In this document: in pieces, positions 59,273-64,000 of the stretch
Layout: each line of letters begins with the position of its first letter
Numbering within the stretch: the stretch's first letter is position 1
Source: Thiotrichaceae bacterium
GTDB taxonomy: Bacteria > Pseudomonadota > Gammaproteobacteria > Eutrophobiales > Eutrophobiaceae
Direction: 5' to 3'
Length of the DNA: 64,000 bases
NCBI GenBank assembly: GCA_012960105.1
Contig: DUBV01000063.1
Location: 4,775 to 68,774 of the forward strand
Position numbers and translations under genes: made by a program
Notes under the pieces: generated by a model
What the model saw: only the letters and a program-made list of their open reading frames with translations
What the model was told of the DNA's origin: nothing
Database searches by the model: none

Positions 59273-60184
59273 ATGACAAAGTCCTATCTCCGTTTCTGGG
59301 GTGTACGAGGCTCGTATGCATCACCCTTTTCAACCCATTTGAAGGTTGGCGGCAACACTTCTTGTGTTGAAGTAACGGTGGATGATCATACCGTAATCTG
59401 TGATGCCGGCACCGGCATTATCCCTCTAGGCAATAAGCTTGTAGCTCAAAAGAAAAATAAAGATGTGTTAATTCTATTAACCCATTACCACTGGGATCAT
59501 ATCTGTGGCCTGCCATTTTTTGTCCCTGCATTTATTCCTGACTGGACTATCAATTTCTTTGGACCCGGAGAATCAATCCAGGAAATAAAACAAAATCTGG
59601 ATTCTCAAATGCAAGCCCCTTACTTTCCGGTAGGAACAGAAACCTGGATGGCTAATGTAGATTATATTGAGCCTAGAGTAACGAGCCTCACCCGTGGCCC
59701 AATTGATATTAGCTATTATAGCGTTCATCACCCAGGCATTACTTACGGCTACAAAATCAAGGTGGCTAATAAGACAATAATTTATGTTTCTGATAACGAA
59801 TGTCAATTCCTTGATAAATCCATTAAACAAAAGATGACCGAGTTTAGTGAAGAAGAACAAGAGATGTTCGAAGCCATGAATCGTGAAGAATATGGGTACG
59901 AACTACAAACAATACGTGGCGCTGATATTCTTATTCATGATGCTCAGTATACCCCTGAAGATTACGAAACCAAGCGTGGCTGGGGACACTCATGCTATGT
60001 AGACGTTATAAATTATGCAATTGATGCCGAAGTTAAGGAATTATATCTATATCATCATGACCCTTATAACGATGATGATGCCATTGATAAAATTTATGAA
60101 CATTGTCAGGAAATAATTAAAGATCGAAGCGCTTCACTAAAATGCCATGTCGCACGTGAAGGCCTGGAAATAGAACTCAATTAA
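59273..60184 (+). CDS. MBL-fold metallo-hydrolase
   Basis: LLTHYHWDHICGLPFF (HxHxDH), later HHPG, IHDAQY, WGHS and LYHHDP metal ligands. 17 nt after the response regulator. Confidence 0.8.
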   Translation: MTKSYLRFWGVRGSYASPFSTHLKVGGNTSCVEVTVDDHTVICDAGTGIIPLGNKLVAQKKNKDVLILLTHYHWDHICGLPFFVPAFIPDWTINFFGPGESIQEIKQNLDSQMQAPYFPVGTETWMANVDYIEPRVTSLTRGPIDISYYSVHHPGITYGYKIKVANKTIIYVSDNECQFLDKSIKQKMTEFSEEEQEMFEAMNREEYGYELQTIRGADILIHDAQYTPEDYETKRGWGHSCYVDVINYAIDAEVKELYLYHHDPYNDDDAIDKIYEHCQEIIKDRSASLKCHVAREGLEIELN

Positions 60185-60216
60185 TACGTATTGCCGCTTT
60201 AACCTTATTATAATCA

Positions 60217-60414
60217 ATGGAAGTTTTACTCAACGGCGATCCGCATTCAATAGACCAAAACTGTACTATTGAAACTCTGGTCACCAGTCTGAAGCTAGAT
60301 GGCAAATTCGCTATAGAAATAAATCAAAGTATTATTCCTCGTAGCGAATATCTCAAAACAGAACTACTCGCCGGAGATAAGATCGAAATCGTACAAGCAA
60401 TTGGTGGCGGCTAA
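60217..60414 (+). CDS. thiS: Thiamine biosynthesis sulfur carrier ThiS
   Basis: 65 aa, ubiquitin-like, ends in GGG. Directly precedes thiG. Confidence 0.85.
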   Translation: MEVLLNGDPHSIDQNCTIETLVTSLKLDGKFAIEINQSIIPRSEYLKTELLAGDKIEIVQAIGGG

Positions 60415-60439
60415 GCTAGTACCGCCCAAGTAAATCATT

Positions 60440-61231
60440 ATGTCTAATTTAAATACAGATAAACTTTCTATCGCCGGCTCTGATTATTCTTCACGACTAT
60501 TAGTCGGCACAGGTAAATATAAAGATCTGGAAGAAACAAAAAATGCCATTGAAGCCAGTGGAACTGAAATTGTAACCATAGCAATACGCCGAACGAATAT
60601 AGGTCAAAACAAAGACGAACCTAACTTACTAGACGTTATTTCTCCGGATAAATATACACTTTTGCCAAATACTGCCGGTTGTTACGATGTTGAATCCGCT
60701 GTTAGAACCTGCAAGTTGGCTAGAGAATTATTAGATGGATATGATCTGGTTAAGCTTGAAGTACTAGGCGATGAAAAAACACTTTTTCCAGATATCCCAC
60801 AAACATTAGAAGCAGCACAACAACTGATAGATGATAACTTTAAGGTTATGGTTTATACGACTGATGATCCTATTATGGCAAAACGCTTTGAAGAAATGGG
60901 ATGCGTTGCTGTTATGCCTTTAGCTGCACCGATTGGTTCTGGACTTGGCATTCGAAACCCTTATAACATTCGCACAATTATTGAAAATGCATCTGTGCCA
61001 ATTATTGTTGATGCCGGTGTCGGCACTGCATCAGATGCGACTATAGCAATGGAACTGGGTTGTGAGGGTGTCTTGATGAATACCGCTATTGCCGAAGCAA
61101 AAAAACCAGTCTTAATGGCTAGTGCTATGAAAAAAGCAATTGAAGCAGGTCGAGAAGCATATCTTGCTGGCAGAATGCCAAGGCGTGCTTATGCCAGTGC
61201 TTCGTCACCACTAGATGGTCAATTTTTCTGA
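60440..61231 (+). CDS. thiG: Thiazole synthase
   Basis: [28 protein letters not shown] and DAGVGT.SDA motifs. Confidence 0.92.
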   Translation: MSNLNTDKLSIAGSDYSSRLLVGTGKYKDLEETKNAIEASGTEIVTIAIRRTNIGQNKDEPNLLDVISPDKYTLLPNTAGCYDVESAVRTCKLARELLDGYDLVKLEVLGDEKTLFPDIPQTLEAAQQLIDDNFKVMVYTTDDPIMAKRFEEMGCVAVMPLAAPIGSGLGIRNPYNIRTIIENASVPIIVDAGVGTASDATIAMELGCEGVLMNTAIAEAKKPVLMASAMKKAIEAGREAYLAGRMPRRAYASASSPLDGQFF

Positions 61232-61949
61232 ACACTATTTCTTCTTGAACCAACTTCCTTTCAAACAACGAACCATAAGAAGTTTTGTTAAACGTGATAG
61301 CCGTTTAACAAAATCACAATTGTATGCACTAGAAAATTATTGGGCGTTACATGGTATTGACTATGATACTTCCGAACTAAATATCGAAAAATTATTTAGC
61401 CGTAAAGCTCCTCTGATACTCGATATCGGAGTGGGAACTGGAGATACCACTCTGCATCATGCAATGGCACACCCTGAAAATAACTATCTAGCGATAGAAG
61501 TACATCGACCGGGCATAGGCCACCTACTTAATCAAATTGAAACCCATAAACTTAGTAATATTAAAATTATTAATCACGATGTTATTGATGTACTAAATAA
61601 TCAAATTCCAAATAATTCAATCAGTCAGATTTTCATTTTTTTTCCTGACCCCTGGCCGAAAAAAAAGCATCATAAACGACGATTAATAAATACAAGTCTC
61701 ATCACACTTCTTATAAATAGCATGACGCAACATGGTCGGCTTCACATTGCGACTGATTGGGAAGATTACGCATTACATATTCAAGATGCGTTCACTGAAA
61801 ATGATGGCCTGATGAATTTGGCAGGCAAGAAACAATCATCGCCAAGACCTAACTGGCGTATTAAAACACGATTTGAATTGCGAGGATTAAGACTGGAACA
61901 TCAAGTTTGGGATTTTTGTTATGCGTTAAACAATATCCCTAAAAAATAA
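61215..61949 (+). CDS. trmB: tRNA (guanine46-N7)-methyltransferase
   Basis: [38 protein letters not shown] signature. Overlaps the thiG end. Confidence 0.88.
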   Translation: MVNFSEHYFFLNQLPFKQRTIRSFVKRDSRLTKSQLYALENYWALHGIDYDTSELNIEKLFSRKAPLILDIGVGTGDTTLHHAMAHPENNYLAIEVHRPGIGHLLNQIETHKLSNIKIINHDVIDVLNNQIPNNSISQIFIFFPDPWPKKKHHKRRLINTSLITLLINSMTQHGRLHIATDWEDYALHIQDAFTENDGLMNLAGKKQSSPRPNWRIKTRFELRGLRLEHQVWDFCYALNNIPKK

Positions 61950-62601
61950 TTTTTTCAAACGAATCTATTGCATCAAACTCTTCAGGATCTTGTTCTTCAT
62001 TTTGGCTATCGGGTTTAGAAATAGTAAGTAGATTATTAATGCCAAATTTTCTCGCCGCCCTTAATACGGTTAAATTATCATCGATTAATAATGTTTCATT
62101 TAAGTCAAAAGGACTTTCTATCTTTAATTTTTCCCAGAATGCCTGTTCTTCTTTTGCATGACCTATTGTGTGTGAACTTATAATACGTTTAAAAAAAACA
62201 TCTATGCCGGTTTTTTCCACCTTCATTTTTATTAAGTTTTCATGCGCATTCGTTACCATAATGATTGAATAAGCTGCATTTCTATTTAATTTTTCCAGAA
62301 AGGATTTTGCATAGGGTCTATATTTTATTAAGTGCTCTACATCTGCTTTCAGCGCTAGCACATCAAACTTGAGTCTATCTGTCCAAAAATCCAGACAATA
62401 CCATGAAAGCGTTCCGGCCTCTTTTGAGTACCAATCTTTTAACTGAGCCTTAGCAGTCTCAGCATCCATATCATTCATTTTTCCCCAATGCTCAGGCAGG
62501 TATTCTTGCCAGAAATAATTATCGAAATGCAAATCAAGTAGCGTTCCATCCATATCTAGCAATACAGTTTTAATTGATTTCCAGTTAATGTTGTCTTTCA
62601 T
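61939..62601 (-). CDS. yrfG: HAD-family GMP/IMP nucleotidase YrfG-like
   Basis: ...INWKSIKTVLLDMDGTLLDLHFDNYFWQEYLPE...LSWYCLDFW is colinear with E. coli YrfG as recalled. Start set at the Met at 62601. The 3' end overlaps trmB convergently by 11 nt. Confidence 0.8.
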   Translation of the reverse strand: MKDNINWKSIKTVLLDMDGTLLDLHFDNYFWQEYLPEHWGKMNDMDAETAKAQLKDWYSKEAGTLSWYCLDFWTDRLKFDVLALKADVEHLIKYRPYAKSFLEKLNRNAAYSIIMVTNAHENLIKMKVEKTGIDVFFKRIISSHTIGHAKEEQAFWEKLKIESPFDLNETLLIDDNLTVLRAARKFGINNLLTISKPDSQNEEQDPEEFDAIDSFEKIIF

Positions 62602-62660
62602 ATTGCCTAAAGATAAGTAAAATAGATATTTGTGCTTACAAGGATAACAAAGCAAATCGA

Positions 62661-63476
62661 ATGAATGAAATTAATCATCAAGACCTAAGCAAACTCGTCG
62701 ATGAGATTAAACAAATTTGTCTTGATGCTGGAGATAAAATACTGGAAATCTATGAAACAGATTTTTCAGTTGAAACAAAACAGGATAACTCGCCATTAAC
62801 GGCTGCAGATATGGCAGCACATAATGCTATTTGCGCTGCTTTATCAAAATTAACACCTACTACCCCGATATTGTCAGAAGAGTCTTCTCAAATCAGTTTT
62901 AGTGAACGACAAAGCTGGGATCAATATTGGTTGGTCGACCCGCTTGATGGCACAAGAGAATTCGTTAAACGAAACGGCGAGTTCTCAGTCAATATTGCCT
63001 TAATTGAAAAAGGTCGCTCAATTCTTGGTGTCATCCATATCCCTGTAACAGGAATAAGCTATAGCGCATCTCTGAATAATGGTGCTTACAAACATGAGCA
63101 AAATAAAGAGCCAACTCAGATTTTTTCTAAAAAAACAGATCTTAATAATATTACTATCGCCGGTAGTCGCTCTCACGGTAATGAACAACAACTAGCCTTT
63201 ATAGCAAAATTAAATAATCCTGAAATTCTCGCAATAGGTAGTTCATTAAAATTTTGTCTTGTTGCCGAAGGAGCTGCTGACATCTATCCGCGGTTTGGAC
63301 CAACTTCCGAATGGGATTCTGGTGCTGCACAATGTATCGTCGAAGAATCCGGTGCTGTTGTTGTAGATACAAATTTCAAGACACTTGAATACAACACCAA
63401 GGAATCACTTTTAAACCCTTCATTTCTGGTTATTGCAGATAATGACTTTAACTGGGCTCAGTTCTTAACTAAATAG
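62661..63476 (+). CDS. cysQ: 3'(2'),5'-bisphosphate nucleotidase
   Basis: SPLTAAD, EES, WLVDPLDGTREF and WDSGA inositol-monophosphatase-family motifs. Confidence 0.88.
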   Translation: MNEINHQDLSKLVDEIKQICLDAGDKILEIYETDFSVETKQDNSPLTAADMAAHNAICAALSKLTPTTPILSEESSQISFSERQSWDQYWLVDPLDGTREFVKRNGEFSVNIALIEKGRSILGVIHIPVTGISYSASLNNGAYKHEQNKEPTQIFSKKTDLNNITIAGSRSHGNEQQLAFIAKLNNPEILAIGSSLKFCLVAEGAADIYPRFGPTSEWDSGAAQCIVEESGAVVVDTNFKTLEYNTKESLLNPSFLVIADNDFNWAQFLTK

Positions 63477-63501
63477 TACTCTTTTAATTCTTTGCCGATG
63501 G

Positions 63502-63936
63502 TTAAGAAATAACTTTTTGAGCAGGTAGCTTGTCCGAATCCAGTTCTATATCATTCTCACTAGCATGGTGCTCAGACCGTGTATTGATATAAAGCAGCAA
63601 CATCAACATTCCAGATATCAGAAATGCACTAATTGTTAATGAAGGAGTTAGAACTAATAGAGAAATTGAAAATCCAGCAATAATAGACAAACTAATCGTG
63701 CATTTTGCTTTTCGATTAATCGATTTATTTGTCATCCAATTATTAATAACTGGACCAAATTTTGGGTGCAGGAGAATTTTCTGACTTAAAGCAGGGTTAG
63801 ATCTGGAAAATGCCCAGACTGCTAGAATTAAGAAACAGGTTGTTGGCATCAAAGGTACAAATGCACCAATAATTCCTAGCCCAACCGCTATAAAACCCAA
63901 GGCTAAAAAGAAACACTTTTTTATATTTTCTCGCAT
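63502..63936 (-). CDS. ybaN: YbaN (DUF454) inner-membrane protein
   Basis: LGIIGAFVPLMPTTCFLILAVWAFSRSNP motif. 144 aa, 4 TM helices. Confidence 0.75.
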   Translation of the reverse strand: MRENIKKCFFLALGFIAVGLGIIGAFVPLMPTTCFLILAVWAFSRSNPALSQKILLHPKFGPVINNWMTNKSINRKAKCTISLSIIAGFSISLLVLTPSLTISAFLISGMLMLLLYINTRSEHHASENDIELDSDKLPAQKVIS

Positions 63937-64000
63937 ATTTAATCCTTGAAAGACAACTCTGGGAATATTGACTATTCACAGAGTGTTTCTAAACAACTAT

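Noticed and set aside
60185-60216. Expected TPP riboswitch upstream of thiS
   Set aside because: Only 32 nt separate the MBL gene stop from thiS, which is too short for a THI element. thiSG are presumably read through from upstream or lack riboswitch control here.
1-64000. Search for mobile-element hallmarks (integrase, transposase, IS inverted repeats, tRNA-adjacent island borders, prophage genes)
   Set aside because: No ORF shows integrase (R..H..R..Y) or DDE transposase patterns, and no tRNA is present. The island at 26-33 kb therefore remains defined only by codon usage, gene content and the repeat scar.

Overview
This is a 64-kb chromosomal window from an AT-rich gammaproteobacterium. 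The core synteny is ybeZ-ybeY-corC-lnt, and ponA divergent from pilMNOPQ-aroK-aroB-(dGTPase)-AAA/SPOR-gltB-gltD, the arrangement I know from Pseudomonas-type genomes. The window has three zones. (i) 1-8.5 kb is housekeeping: ybeZ, ybeY, corC, lnt, a Na+/H+ antiporter with a cNMP-binding tail, DUF368 and hemE. (ii) 8.5-33 kb is an accessory patchwork of small membrane, detoxification-type and hypothetical genes. At least nine genes there are visibly inactivated by in-frame TAG/TAA codons, frameshifts or truncations. It also holds a co-directional seven-gene array (26.2-32.5 kb) with atypical C-ending codon usage. That array ends in a translationally coupled minimal P-loop ATPase plus a membrane-split double Spo0M/arrestin-like protein, next to a rearrangement scar (class D beta-lactamase stump and 22-bp direct repeats). 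(iii) 33-64 kb is core: gltBD, aroKB, the type IV pilus assembly operon, mrcA, priA, argS, thiSG, trmB, yrfG-like, cysQ and ybaN. This core is interrupted at 57.2-60.2 kb by a Hanks-type Ser/Thr kinase fused to a cyclic-nucleotide-binding domain (split by two homopolymer frameshifts), followed by a receiver-only response regulator and an MBL-fold hydrolase. I saw no rRNA, tRNA, CRISPR array, integrase or transposase. All family assignments come from motif-level recognition and remembered reference sequences. No database search or statistics were run. ORF-track coordinates include the stop codon.
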